Positions 24,101 to 39,100 of a stretch of 64,000 bases of DNA are shown here, in pieces (within the stretch, counting starts at the first letter, position 1; every line of letters starts with the position of its first letter). The stretch comes from Eledone cirrhosa (taxonomy: Eukaryota): positions 110,918,001-110,982,000 of the forward strand of contig OZ024741.1 of assembly GCA_964016885.1 (NCBI GenBank), in the 5' to 3' direction. The notes beneath the pieces were generated by a model. That model was not told where the DNA came from. It made no database searches and worked only from the letters and a program-made list of their open reading frames with translations. The position numbers were made by a program, and so were the translations under genes.

Positions 24101-27100
24101 AATTGACCTCAACTATTCAACAACAACAGCAACATCATTTCAACTCTGTCTTCAGACATTACAATATAATTTATTCCACTTTAGACATCACTTTAAAGTG
24201 AAGATCTGATATTTTTGGTGTCTTTTCAGTGGATGAGGGAGAGACCCCACAGCACATTGTTGTCATGTGTCGGGGTCGAATGTTTTCATTTAAAGTCACT
24301 GATAACAGAGAAGAACTACTGACTGCGCCAGAAATACAGAAACAACTTCAGATTATTTATGATAAATGTATGAGTGAACCAATGGGACCAGTTGTTGGTG
24401 TAATGACAGCACATGATAGAATAAGCTGGGCAAAGGTTAACATTTGATTTTACTTATAACTCTTAATATATTGTAATGATTTAACTTAAAATATCTAAAA
24501 ACTGGTTTGTTAATTCAAATACTTGTAGTTTCTTTACTAGGGGACTGATTCTTGTGAAAATTTGCAGTATTATGACAAAGACATGAATTTGTCATAGTAC
24601 AGTTTGAATTTAGCCATAATACGGTTTTCTACTTTTTCTACTAATTCAAATGTCTATAGTATATTTATTGGTGGGCAGATCATTGTGAAAATTCACAGTA
24701 TTACATACTATAATTTTTAATGGGATGCAGTCTTAATGCTGTTTATTCTTAAAAAGAATGAACTCTCAGATGCCATGCTGGATGTAGCTAAGTGGAGATG
24801 TCTAATTATCAATGTTGTCTCAGGAAACTCAACATGATAATGATATAGATAATAATTGTTTCTACTATTGGCACAAGGCCAGCAATTATTCCAGTGCATT
24901 ACTGGTACTTTATTTTATCGACCTGGTAAGGATGAAAAGCAAAGTTAACTTCGGTTGGATTTGAACTCAGACCATAAAGGGGCGTAACTCTATGCTGGAA
25001 AGCACGGCGTCCGACCTTTTACCGATACTGCCAATTCACCACCCTTTATATAACAATATAGATAATAATAGATAATAATACTACACACATATATATACAG
25101 TATTACAATATTTTTGTATTTGCAGTACTACAACGAATTACAAGCAATCCACCCTGAAAACTTTCATTCTCTGGAATTGATTCAGAAAAGTGTAATGATT
25201 GTCTCCTTGGATGAAGAATGTCCTAAAGATGTCAATGAGGTTTGGTTTTTCTTTTCAGTCATTATCTGGTGTATACTTTAGTGCAGGCATTCATAAATGT
25301 TTTAAATCGTGGCCTCTTTTATAAAAAAAAAAATTGTCAGGCAACGTTTGGTAAAAGTTATTTATTGCATCATTTTATTTTGATGGAATTTTTCAGCACA
25401 GTTATTAAATCTGTGGATTTGTTAAAAGATGATGGAAAAATTACAATAACCAGCAAATAATAATCCTAAAGCCAAAATATAAAACAATAAAAATATTGCT
25501 CAACTTCATTCACAACCCTAACTTTGGGAAGAGCTGGTGTAGTCTTTGTGATGTGTAATTTGGTGTGAAAGTGTGTGTGATGTATAGTGTTTATACAGTA
25601 TGTATGGTATTTTGTGTTTATGCAATGTGTAGGGTGTTTAGTGTTTATGTTTATGGAGACATAGTGTTTCTTGGACTACATTATCCAATGTGTCCTTCTT
25701 ATATTAAGATAGTGCACTATGCTTTGAATAAGATTTAGTTGATATTTGAAGCAGGTTGAGTTAACAAGAAGAGGGTGTCTTGAGATTATGATGATGTTGT
25801 AAGTGGTTTCTAATGTGTTACTATGTGGTCTTATATGTTGCTACATGGTGGTAAATGTTGCTACATGGATGTAAAGCTTTGGAGTTAAATGTTGGTGATG
25901 TGATTATGATGATATTGGGGATAATGATGGTAATGATGGGTGATAATGAGAATGTTAGAGGTGGTGATGTTGATGATGATGGCGATGATGATATTCATAA
26001 TGAGGATAATGATAATGTTGGTGATATTGATGATGTTGATAGTGATAATTATGATGTTGGTGATGATAGTGATGATGATGAATATGTTCATATTTTCACT
26101 TTTATGTGATTTACATTCATTGTTTTACTTTCTCCCTCTCTCTCACACTTTCCCACTTTCTCATTCACTCTCACTTTGTCTCCAGATATTCCGAAATGTT
26201 ATTGCTGGGAATCCAACCAACAGATGGTTTGATAAATCTATTACCCTTGTCAGTTTCAAAAATGGTCTTTTTGGTTCAAACCTTGACGTAAGTAGTTTTA
26301 TATTAATACTATCTTTGTCCCTATCTACCATAATGTGCATATAAACAACCTACTTTTCCTTTCACCCATAACTCCTGGTGGAGTCGTACAGGCGCCATAG
26401 TGATATACAGCATTTCTTGGGCATTTTTAAACCTGGCAGAGCCCGTCTCATCTCCAGGTCTGAACACAGCCAATTTCTTCTAGAGAAAGAGAGAGAGCGG
26501 AAGTCAGAAAGAGATATAGAAGAAAAATTGACCCCCAGTTTTGGACTGGTATTTTTTTTATCAACCTCAAAAGGATGAAAGGCAAAGTTGACCTGAAAGC
26601 AGAGAGCTATCTGACATTTTAACAGCTCTGCCAATGTATATAAATATACACAACAAATATTATAAATCTCATTTTAGCCTTTTTTCCTATCTGACCTGAG
26701 AAGACCTTATTGAATGACTATAGATTACATTTTCCACTCTGTTCCTTTTGTGTGTTATCATATTTCACCTTACAGATAATTTGATTTTTGTTTCGTTCTT
26801 TGTTTCAATAGCACGCACCATCTGATGGTATGACCACCGTCCACATTACCTATTTTGTTGACTGTCGTGTGAAGGAGACAGAAGGAAAATGGACAGTAAG
26901 TTCTTCTCATTTCTAACATTAAATTTTTTTCTCTATAGCATGATGGATATGAAAACAGGTTCCACACCTCCATAGCCATTGTAGATGTTATTGAAGTCAC
27001 GATAAATCTACTGTTACTTAGCTACAGTCAAGCCCACAGTTGTTATTGAAGTCAAGCTAAATCTACAGCTACTTAGCTACAGTCAAGCCCACAGCTGTTA

Positions 27101-30100
27101 GTGGTGGTTCCTAGATTGAATTTCTAATTTTTAATTTATAAAATCACTATGCAGTTTTAATTAATTAAACATTCTGTGGATCACTATTATGTTAACACTT
27201 GCGTTATGTTAACAAGGGTGATGGATTGGCAGTATCGGTGGAGGGTCTGACGCCATGCTTTGCAGCAAAGAGTTACGGCCTTGCCATTCTGAGTTCAAAT
27301 CCCGCCGATGTTAACTTTGCCTTTCATCCTTACGGCGTCGATAAAATAAAGTACCAGTAATGCACTGGGTAATTGCTGGCCTTGTGCCAAAAGTAGAAAC
27401 AATTATGTTAAGACTGGTGATTTCTCCTGAATGAAAGAGTTCTAGTTCTGTAGAAGCCATTTCTATATTAAATATTCATACTCTGTTATGTATTGAGTAC
27501 CTTACTTACTGTGGTTACCCCCGATTGAACTCGGGATAAACTTATCATCATCATCTTCGTTTAACGTCCATCTTCCACGCTAGCATGGGTTAGACGGTCC
27601 TATATATATATATATGTAAACCAATGAAAATTCCTTTAACTTTGTCGGCTCTACTTCCACAGACTTCAAATCTCGTTTCAATAACCATAAATGTTCCTTT
27701 ACGAATATTCGTAAAAAATATTTAACTTCTCTATCCAACTTATGGAACTTAAAATTCAAAAATATTTAACTATTCTTTATTTTGGGAAATTATCTCCAAA
27801 GCTCCTTCATACACGGCTCTATCCAAAAATTGCTCCCTTTTCGTTGAAGAAATATTCTTTATACTAAAAAGTAGTAAGAACTCTATTAATTTGCGAAATA
27901 ATTTATTTAGTTCTTGTAAACATCGTTTAAACGCAACTTTTAAATATATATATAAAATGTAATATATGGTTAATCTCCTTTACATAATGTTTTCTATATC
28001 CAACCACCTACAACATCATCCTTCAGATTATATCTACATATGATTCATATATATTTAATTTACTTTCTATTCTCTCTACCTCATAAATATATTATTACAC
28101 TTATCAATAGATTATAACCTTTTTTATATGACTACTTGAAATTCTTTTAAGAAAAATTTTCCATGAAAAACTTTCGGAAGGTTTTAGAAAATTCTTTGAA
28201 AGTTCCTTTGAAAGATATGAAAAAACCATTATTTTCATATCTTCCAATATTTTTATATCTTCAAACATTTTTAATATATGTATCCAAATATTTATATATA
28301 TGTGGAATAACATATGATTTTTATATATAGGTTTTTTATATATATGTGGAATAACCTATGGTTTATGTTTTAACTATATTCTTAAGATAAATTTTTAAAC
28401 TTTATAGCAAGTATGACTTCTTATAAAATAACCTATGGTTTATGTTTTAATTATATTCTTAAGATAAATTTATGACTTCTTATAAAATAACATATGTTTT
28501 ATGTTTTAATTATATTCTTAAGATAACATTTTAAACTTTATAACATTTAATCCTTGGAATCATTTGAGATCTTAAAAAATCACTTCTAACTTCCTTTATA
28601 CTTCCTTACTGTTTTTATAATATAATTAAGTAGTTATTCTCGTAAATTTTCATAAATTTAGAATTATTTGGATGTTTAAATTTTGACTTACAACTATTAA
28701 TAAATATAATTTTGTCAAACTTACTTTAATAAAATAAACTATACTAGATTTTCTCTAATATAAAATACTATATATTTATTTAAATAATTTATAATCCTTA
28801 ACATACACATTAAGGTTGACTTTTTTCCGGGTATGTCAATATTTATTTATAAAACAAATCTGTATTTTATCTGATGAAATCGCACCATAATTTGCTTTGG
28901 TTGCCCTTGAAATATATATAATAAAATGAATATGGTTTTATAAATATAGTTTCCATTTATTAATATATTGTATATATATATATAAATGCATTTGGGAGTT
29001 TTATATTGAATAATAATTGTTTCTACTTTTGGCACAAGGCGAGCAATTATCCCAGTGTATTGCTGCTACTTTATTTTATCGACCCCGTAAGGATGAAAGG
29101 CAAAGTTAACCTCGGCGGGATTTGAACTTTTATATTGCATTCACTGTAAATGAGGTTGGTGTTAGGAAGGGCATCCAGCTGTAGAAATCAAGCCAAATCA
29201 GTTCCTGTATGAGCAAGGCCTGGTCAGCCGACCAAACACTGCCCACAACAGGACAACCCGTCTAACCCATGCTAGCGTGGAAGAACGGACGTAAAACGGT
29301 GATGATGATGATGATGATATTGAATAATAATAATATTCAATTCGTTTTCAAGCAACAGCCTCGTTACGCTATGTTTTTTAGATGACCATTGCCATCCTTT
29401 TGTTCTAGTGACAGAGTGAAACAACCAACAATATATATGTAGTTAGTTAATTAAAATTATATTTGCTGACTGAACTGTAGTGGTCAAGGTTTAATCCATG
29501 ATGCAGTGAGCAAGGTTCATATTATTTCTAGTTTGCTGAGGAAAATATACCAATAACCATTTATATCATATATAACACTGTAAATTTGTCACTACAGGGA
29601 AGCATGACTATTCGAAACTTGAAACCACCAAAAGAAATTATATTTCATTTGAATGAAAACCTTTATCAAGGAATTGAAGATGCAAGAAAAATATATCTGG
29701 CCACTGTAAGTTAAAGTTTATATTTTGTCTTAACTATTTTGATACTAACCTGGCTAAAACTGTCTCTGGTTCTATGAAACAAAACCGTATATTTTAAAGG
29801 GTTCCTATTTATAGAAAATTTAAAAATAAACAACCTGTGACAAAGGTTGTTTAGATCAATAGCTAGAGCACTCAGCTGGAATTTGAGGGATAGAGAATTC
29901 AGTTCTTTGTAGCAGTTGCTAGCCACCTTTTTCCATATCTAGGGGTATTTTACCCAATTTTCTCAGTTATTATTTACAGCAATCAACTGTGATTACAGTT
30001 ATTTTTTTATCTTTCTTCTTCTTTGCCCACATATTCCTGTGAGGTGTTATGGGAGAAGAGTCCTCAAACATGCCTTTCCAAGGGTCATATCAGATCAGCT

Positions 30101-33100
30101 GTCTCAAATTAATCCAGCTGGATCCCCAAACAAGACCAACCAAGCTCATAGACTTTATTCAACAATCTTACTCATGGTCTACCTAAAGGTTTCCTGCCAG
30201 TTCGCTTTACATGTAAAATCTATCCAGCAATTTTTTCCTGAGACATACTAATCTCATGTCTGTTGTATTGGAACTGTGATCTATCAATTTAGAAAAGTAA
30301 TTGCAAAGACTGAGGCACTTACCCTCTTAAAGAAGCCTGTGCAGTACACTCTGCATGTAAGTGGAGTTCCTCTGAAGCAGGTGCTGTATCTCAGGGCCAG
30401 TTTCATGAAGACAGGAGGCAAGGATTGCAAGAGCTGGTTCAGTAATGAAGCAGCCGTCAGAAGATTTAAAAGATATTTCTTATCTCCGCCAACACTGTCA
30501 AATATTTAGTATTCAAATTTTCTAAGAACCTATGGCTTCGTGGTTAGGATGTTGAGTTCAATTCCTGGACTTGATAGCGTGTTGTGTTCTTGAGCAAAAC
30601 TCTTCATTTCAGCACACTTAGCTGAAAATGTGTACCAACAGTAGCTGAGTTAACCCTCTGATGTACTGGTATCCTGTCCAGAGGCGAGTTTTGTATTCTC
30701 AGTCGTTTGATGCCAATGAAACTTCCTAGTGCTGGTGACATGATAAAATGCACCCAATGCACTCTGTAAGGTCCAGGAACATGTATAAGGACGATTCCCC
30801 CGCCTCCTGGCCTATTTAACTAGTGACACGGTCTGTGATGACACACCCAACCCTTGCTAGCAGGGAAAACTGATGTTAAATGATGGTGGAGGTGATGATG
30901 ATGACACTTCCCAAATGAGCTGATTGAAACAGTTTTAGAGTATGATATAAACTAGAGTAAAGGATTGCCAAGTATGGTGATGGTGGTGGTGGTGATGATG
31001 ATGATGTTGGTGGTAATGATGTTGATGTTGTTGTACATGTAGCCTTGTAGTCTTTCCATTTATTTCATATTATCTGTAAACACAAATGTTTGCTGTTTTC
31101 AGGCCAATGAAGTAGAATGTAATATTTTGGAATATGAAGAATATGGCCGTACTTTCCTGCGAAGTTTTAAACTTCACCCAGACACACACGTCCAGCTTGC
31201 TCTTCAGTACATCTACTACCGTTTGTATGGCAAGTGAGTATACGTTATTGAATCATAGAAGTATAGTGACCTAACCATTTTGATATCAATCTGTTTGTCA
31301 CTGTCCTTCATTCTATGATACAAAACTATCCATGGATAGCTTAAATTTAATAATAAAAGTGTTTACTTTTAAATCTATACCTTCCATCATAATTTTATGA
31401 AAGAATGCACTAAACACTAGTTTAATAACAGAGAAGGCAAAGTTAATTAACATTCTTGATTATTTCAAAAATTAATTGAAACACGGACAATGTATTTCAT
31501 TAGGAATATATTAACCCTTTAGTGTTCAAACCGGCCAGAACTCTCTACCTCTTTCTGTTGAAACTGGCTGTAACTGGTCGCTGAAACTGATGTTAATTTA
31601 TTATACATATCATCATGATGTTAAGGTATTTATACATATCATCATCACCATTTTACGTCCGTTCTTCCATGCTAGCATGGGTTAGGCGGGTTGTCCTGTT
31701 GTGGGCAGTGCCCGGTCGGCTGATCTTGTCTTGCTCATACGGGAACTGATTCTGGCTGGATGCCCTTCCTAACACTAACCTCATTTACAGTGAGTACTGG
31801 GAGCTTTTTTTCTGTGGCGCTTACACGTCCACTTTACAGTGTGGGCTAGGTGCTTTTTTGCCGTGGCACCTCCATGACCACTTTGCAGTCGATTGCAAGC
31901 CCAATGTTCTAACCACTAAGCCATGCGCCTTCACATAGTATATATTATATTATTTATTATATATAAATTAACGATTTTATTTATTATATATTATTTACAA
32001 TTTGTGTGTAGGTAGATCTCTCTGGAAATAGGGTTGAGGGGCGCTGAAGGTATTACGTTACTGTGAGGGTGGGTGGGTAGTGGCCAAAAAGACTTGAGAA
32101 CCTCTGATTTAGACTATTATTCTCGAGTCAAAAATTCAATGAAGCTTTTAACTGTCTCATAAATTTCAAATTCCACTCATCATTTCTAAAACACTCGTTT
32201 GTTTATTCGCAAAAGGTTTAATGACTGCAATTTATACTCAACTAATTAATACTAATTACCACATGTTGCTTTTATTAATTATTTCAGGCCAGCTCCAACG
32301 TATGAAACTGCTACGTCACGTATATTTTGGCATGGCCGTACAGAAACTATCCGGTCTTGTACTATGGAAGCTGTAGAGTGGTGCCAGGCCATGTTAGCTC
32401 CCGATGTGTCAGTAAGGAATATTTCAAATTATAATATCCAGGCATACTATAACAATTATTTTGGTATCATATAGGTCTAAATACTGGATCACTCTGTCAT
32501 CTCACAGTAATATAGGTCTCTCTCTATAATCACAACAGTAATTATATAGGTCTCTCTATAGTCACACAAAGCATCCGATAATGAATTAAGCCTACCATTC
32601 AGATTAGCCGTTTTGATATCAACCTTGCCAGAACTAGCTCTGATTCTATGAAACAAATTCATCTATCCTAAAGGGTTTTTATTTAAATTAGAACATTCCA
32701 ACATAATTTTATAACATATGACAACCAAATGTTGAGTTATTATCTTAGTAATGAAACCATTAATAATTTTATTAAATCCCTCAAAATTGTTCATTAATTG
32801 AATTAGATTGTATTTCATTAAAACTACAGTCACGAAAGAGTTAAGTGAAGCTGCTTATTTATAACTTTTAAGAAAGTTTATTAGTTATTTTGTTGCTATA
32901 TCTGAATTCTTTAATTATAATATAATTTCCACTTTGTTAAAAGAAAACAGAAAAGTTCAACTTGATGTTAACAGCTGCTGAGAAGCATAACAAACTAAGA
33001 ACCGATTGTCAGAATCTTGAAGGTAAATTATGGAAGTTTCTGCCTCAGATATTTGTATATAATAATTATACATATTGGTGTATGTCAATTATATATATTT

Positions 33101-36100
33101 GTATATATCAGCTATACATATAGGTATATGTCAATTATATATATTTGTATATATCAGCTATACATATTGGTATATGTCAATTATATGTATTTCTATATAT
33201 CAGCTATACATATAGGTATATGTCAATTATATATATTTCTATATATCAGCTATACATATAGGTATATGTCAATTATATATATTTCTATATATCAGCTATA
33301 CATATAGGTATATGTCAATTATATATATTTCTATATATCAGCTATACATATTTGTATATGTCATTTATATATATTTGTATATATCAGCTATACATATTTG
33401 TATATGTTAATTATATATATATATATATATATATATTTGTATATGACGCTTGTATGTGAAAAGTTGGGAGAGTCATTGGTATGTTAGATAGAATCCTTTG
33501 TGATATTTGTTACAATTCTCGCTCTGAGGTCAACTTTGCCTTTCATCCTTTTGAGGTTGATAAAAAATGTACCAGTCCAGTACTGAGGTCGATTCTTCTT
33601 ATATATCTTCTCACTTCCTCTCTCTTTTTCCATTTCTGGAAGAAATCAGCTATATTCAAACCTGGAGTTCCACTAGGTTTTAAAAAATGCCCAAGAGATG
33701 CTGTGCCCCTATAACTCCACCAGGAGTTACAGTGACATACATAGATACATCAGTTGCTTGTACATATTTGTATATATTACTTGTACATATTTCTATACAT
33801 CACTTATACTTATTTGTATATGTTACATATACATATTTGTATATGTCACTTGTACATATTCATATATGCTACTTATATAGATATGTATGTTGCCCAGGCC
33901 TATCACTTATATATATTTATATATGTCACTTATAGACATTTGTAAATATCAATTATTATGTCACTTATAGACATTTGTAAATATCAATTATTATGTCACT
34001 TATAGATATTTGTAAATATCAATTATACATATTTATATATGGCACCTACACATATGTGTATATCACAAGTCCATATTTGTATAAGCCACTTACACATATT
34101 TATCTATATAATCTGTAGATATTTGTATATAGTACCTATATATATGTTACCTATACCTATTCATATATATTGCCTGTGTATATGGCACTTCTAGATATTT
34201 GTATATATATGAAGCCTGTAAGAGCTATCTGAAATCTGTTGCTGACCATTCCTCCCTGTATTCTACTGTAGGTTGTGACAGACATTTGTTGGCACTCTAT
34301 GTTCTGGCAAGAGATAATGGTGAAGATATTCCAGAAATATTTACAGATCCAGCTTTTACAAAGAGGTCAGTTTTATATATATATATACATCATCATTGTT
34401 TCTATGTTTTTCATGCTTGCATTGGTTAGATGAGCCCTTTTTAGTACAGCACCTCTCCACTTGTCGCATTCCTTTGTCTTTTCCTCTCTAAATTTCAGCG
34501 ATTTGAGATTTGCTCTCACCACCTCCACCCAGGTCATCTTTGGTCTAGCTCAACTGCAGCTTCTTTCCACTGGGACTTCCTGGCACTTCTTCACCCTCTA
34601 ATCATCAGCCATTTGCATCACATCTGTACAAAAGCAGTCTTCTCTCTTGCATGACACTTTGGATTTCTCTTAAACCCAGTTTCTCTCTCAGTTCATCTAA
34701 GCTCTACCTTTATCTCATGGTTGCTTCAATTTTCTCCAATTACTGCCTATGTTTCACTACCATGCAGCATTGCACACAGCCATCCTTTTTGTACCTAAGG
34801 AGAAACCTTTTGTTGTCAACAATGGGAGTAGCTCTAAATTTTCATCCACTCATTATTCTAGCTATTGTTCTCAGAACACCCTCTTCTGCTGCTAATTAGG
34901 TCACCTTGATAGCAAAAGCTATCAACCACTTCTATGGATCTTTCAAAAGCCTTTTCTAGATCAACAAAAGCTAAATATAGTGGTTTATTCTTGGCTAGTA
35001 ACTTCTTTTGTAGTTGTCTCACAAAGAAAAGGACATCTGTAGTACTTTTCCCAGACATAAAACCGAACTGAGTCACTGCTGTCATAGACAGACTGCCTTC
35101 AGTCCAATGCTGATTAATTTTGAGCTTTGAGTCACAATATCGACACAACCTAACAGTATTGATACGATATTGTTCCAATATTGAATCCCCGATATAATAT
35201 ATATACGCGTGTGTGTATATTATATATATATTGGCCTTGCAATCGAAAGGTTGTGAGTTCAATTCTCAGACTGGGTGATGTGTTGTTTCCTTGAGCAAGA
35301 CACTTTATTTCACATTGCTCCAGTTTACTCAGCTGTAGAAATGAGATGATGGGGACTGAGGTCCATATCATTCCACTGCAAAGTGGTCGTGGAGGTGCCT
35401 TGGGAAAAAAAAAAGCACCCAGCACTCACTGTAAATGAGGTTGGTGTTAGGAAGGGCATCCAGAATCAGTTCCCATCCCACCCTTGCAAGCAGGGAAAAG
35501 CGGACGTAAAATGATGATGATGATGATCATCATCATCATCACCGTTTTACGTCTGTTCTTCCACGCTAGCATGGGTTAGACGGGTTGTCCTGTTGTGGGC
35601 AGTGTCTGGTCGGCTGACCATGCCTTGCTCATACAGGAACTGATCTGGCTTGATTTCTACAGCTGGATGCCCTTCCTAACACCAACCTCATTTACAGTGA
35701 GTGCTGGGTGCTTTTTCGTGGCGCCTACACGTCCACTTTACAGTGTGGGCTGGGTGCTTTTTTGCCGTGGCACCTCCACGACCACCTTGCGGTGGGGGTG
35801 TGGGGGCATATTGTTTATATGCTTCAGCTTGTACCCATGGGAGGTCGGGTACTCTGTATTACTGCGTGACGCCAGAAATCACGGTCGTGTGTCATTGTCT
35901 TTGAGAGGTGTAATTGGGTAAGGTCGGCTTTTATCACCTCATCTCAGGTCATCTTGGGTCTCCCCACTCCGCGGTTTCCATCAACTTCTAGTGCTCTGCA
36001 CCTTTTTATGCAGCTGTCATCCTTCATACGCATCACATGTCCATACCAGCGCAACCGCCTCTCCTGCACACAGCATTTGATTCCTCTTATGCTCAGTCTC

Positions 36101-39100
36101 TCTCTCAATTCATTTATGCTTTGTAGTTCACGTATATTACTGTTACACATCCATCGGAGCATGCAGGCTTCGTTTCTCTCTAATCTACGTAAGTCTTCCA
36201 CCTTCAGCGCCCAGGTCTCACTACCATGCAACATCGCTGTTCGGATACATGCATCATACAGTCTGCCTTTCATTCTGAGGGAGAAGCCTTTTGCAGCTAA
36301 CAGTGGTAGTAGTTCCCTAAACTTCTTCCATCCCGTTCTTACCCTAGTTATTGTACTTTCTGAACACCCACCTCCGTTGCTAATTCGGTCACCTAGGTAG
36401 CAGAAGCTGTCTACTGTTTCTACAGAGCCCTCCCAGAGATTGGTGGTACTTGTTTCCTGTGGCAGTTTGCTGCTTGCTGTCCCAGCACAGCTGCTGCATG
36501 TTGTGAAGCCTACATTCTTAATTAAGCTTCCTGAGATCCCGCTACATCTCTTGTGTACCCATTGTTTGCATTTGGGGCAGAGAATGGAGTTCCTACCTAC
36601 ACCTTTCCTACATACTGAACAAGGCCATTTCCCTGAGGGGATCTGTTTTCTCGTCTACTTACAAGGACCCTAGTCTTTGTCATGTTGACTTTGAGACCCT
36701 TTCTTTCTAGTCCCTGCTTCCAGGTTTGGAATTTCTTCTCTAGTTCTACCATAGATTCAGCTATGAGTGCGAGGTCATCAGCATACAGGAGTTCCCATGG
36801 GCATCCGGTCTTAAACTCCTCCGTTATTGCCTGCAGGACTATGATGAACAGGAGAGGGCTAAGAACAGAGCCCTGGTGGACTCCAACCTGTACGCTAAAT
36901 TCCTCGCTATACTCATTGCTAATCCTAACTTTGCTGACTGCTCCCCTATACATGGCTTGTACCGCTTTCACAAGCCATTCATCTACTCCTAGTTTTCTAA
37001 GAGCCCACCAGATTACAACACGTGGAACTCTGTCAAAGGCTTTCTCAAGGTCGACAAATGCCAAGTAGAGTGGCTTACTTTTAGCTAGGTACTTTTCCTG
37101 TAATTGCCTCACAAGGAAGAGGGCATCAGTGGTGCCTCTTCCTGGTACAAACCCAAATTGCATCTCGTCTATTTTCACCCGGTCCCTAATCAGCTGTGCT
37201 ATAACTCTTTCTGTTACTTTCATGACCTGGTCCATCAACTTTATACCTCTATAGTTTCCTCTATCTAGTACATCGCCTTTACCTTTGTAGCAGTTGACAA
37301 TGATGCTACTGGCCCCTTCTAGTATTACCTGGTTAACGATACGTGTGGTTATAGTGTGACCTACAGACCCAGATGCCTTCGGCAGCTATACCCGATGGAC
37401 CGGTTGCCTTCCCCATCTTCATATCTTTGATTGCCTTACTTACTACGCTGCTGCTGACCCCTCTATAGGGTCTACTTGGGGTAGGGTCTCTTCTTCCCAT
37501 TTATTAATCTATCATAATGACTCTTCCATGCATCTTTCTTCTCAGCACTTGTGAGGGCAAGCTCACCTTTATCATTCCGGATACACTTCTCTCCAATGAC
37601 ATCACAACTATCTCTGACACACTGCCTTGCAATCTTGAATACCTCCTGTTTCTGGTCCTCACGTTGTAAAACATGCTTGAATTTTCTATCCTCTGCTTCC
37701 CTCCTAGATGTAATGTACCCTGCTCCCTCCGTTCTTCCATTCTTTCCATGCCTGTCTCTTGGCCTTAACTGCCTCATCTACCTTATTGTTCCACCACCAA
37801 GTCACTCTCCTCCTGCTTGAGGTCTTACTCCAGCCAGACCTCATCCGTCGCCTCTAGTAAATTATTTTTTAGGAACTCCCAGTTCTCTTCTACGTTAAAT
37901 GTCTCTATCTGTTCTTTACTGTCGTAGGCGTTGAGTAAAATATCTTTAAATCTGTTACTGGTTGAGGGGACTTTCAGCTTCCAGATCTTTCTTCTCCAAG
38001 TTGGCCTAGTTCTGACCGTGAGGTCGCTGACAACTAATGATAATATGGTCAATTTTGCCTTTTATCCTTTTGTGATCAATAAAAAAAAAGTACCAGTCTA
38101 ATACTTGGTTCTATTCTTCCTCTAAATTTCTCTCTGGAAGAAATCAGCTGTGTTCACCTGGAGAGGGGATGGGTTCCACCAGGCTTAAATTGCCCAAGAA
38201 ACACCATATGTCACTATGATATATATATATGTATGTAAAGTTGCCGTGGTCAACTTTCCCTTTCATCCTTTCGATGTTGATAAAAAAAAGTACCAGTTCA
38301 GTACTGAGGTCAATTCTTTCTCTATAGAAAAAAAATCGGTTGTGTTCAGACGTGGAGAAGGTTGGTCTCTGCCATGTTTAAAAGTGCCCTAGACATCCCG
38401 TATGACGATATGGGATATGTATGTGTATATGTATATATATATATATATATAAACATCATCAAGTCCACATTCCCTGCTAGAAAGGTTTGGATAGGGATCT
38501 GTCTCACTTTGTGTACAGTTGATGCTCCTCCGAGTGTCTTTGACACAAATTAGGGTCCCCCAGACCCCCTTTCTATCACCAACCACTTTGCAGTGCGATC
38601 ATATAGATCACCTACACTAGGGAGGCTGTCATGTCCTCGACGTAATTGAAGGGTCCTGACTGTTTGTTTAGCCCCCTACAGCTGAATGCCCTTCCCATCA
38701 CCAACTGCTTCACAGGGGTCGAAGTAGTGATGTTGGGAGGCAGTGGGGCATGTCAGATCACATTGTATGCTGTAGGTCGGGTCTTCCTCAACACTACATA
38801 GCACCAACCCTCGCAGTCTTTAGTCATTTTTTTAATATTCGGCTTGCTCTGCCAATATTGATGGCAGACTCAGTCAGACACATATATATTAAAACCACTG
38901 TAAATGTGGTTGAAGTTAGGAAGGGATCCAACTGTAGAAACCAAGCTATAGTCACCTAATCTCACAACAGAACAACTCACCTAACCCACTCTAACATGGA
39001 AAATTGACATTAAACTGTGATGATGACATATACATATATGTGTATTGCTATACAAGTTCCAGTCAAAAGATGGTGCAAATCTCCTTTATTATAAATCTTT

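Noticed and set aside
24125-24160. CTGAAGA...GAAA on the minus strand
   Set aside because: The intervening CAGAGTT cannot form stem II and there is no stem I; chance match.
25855-26109. Asp-rich, Met-rich and Ile-rich ORFs
   Set aside because: Degenerate (ATG)n trinucleotide repeat in a CROT intron.
33073-33420. Regular repeats resembling a CRISPR array (also 48690-49050 and 23648-23990)
   Set aside because: Head-to-tail minisatellites without unique spacers, no cas genes, eukaryotic intron context.
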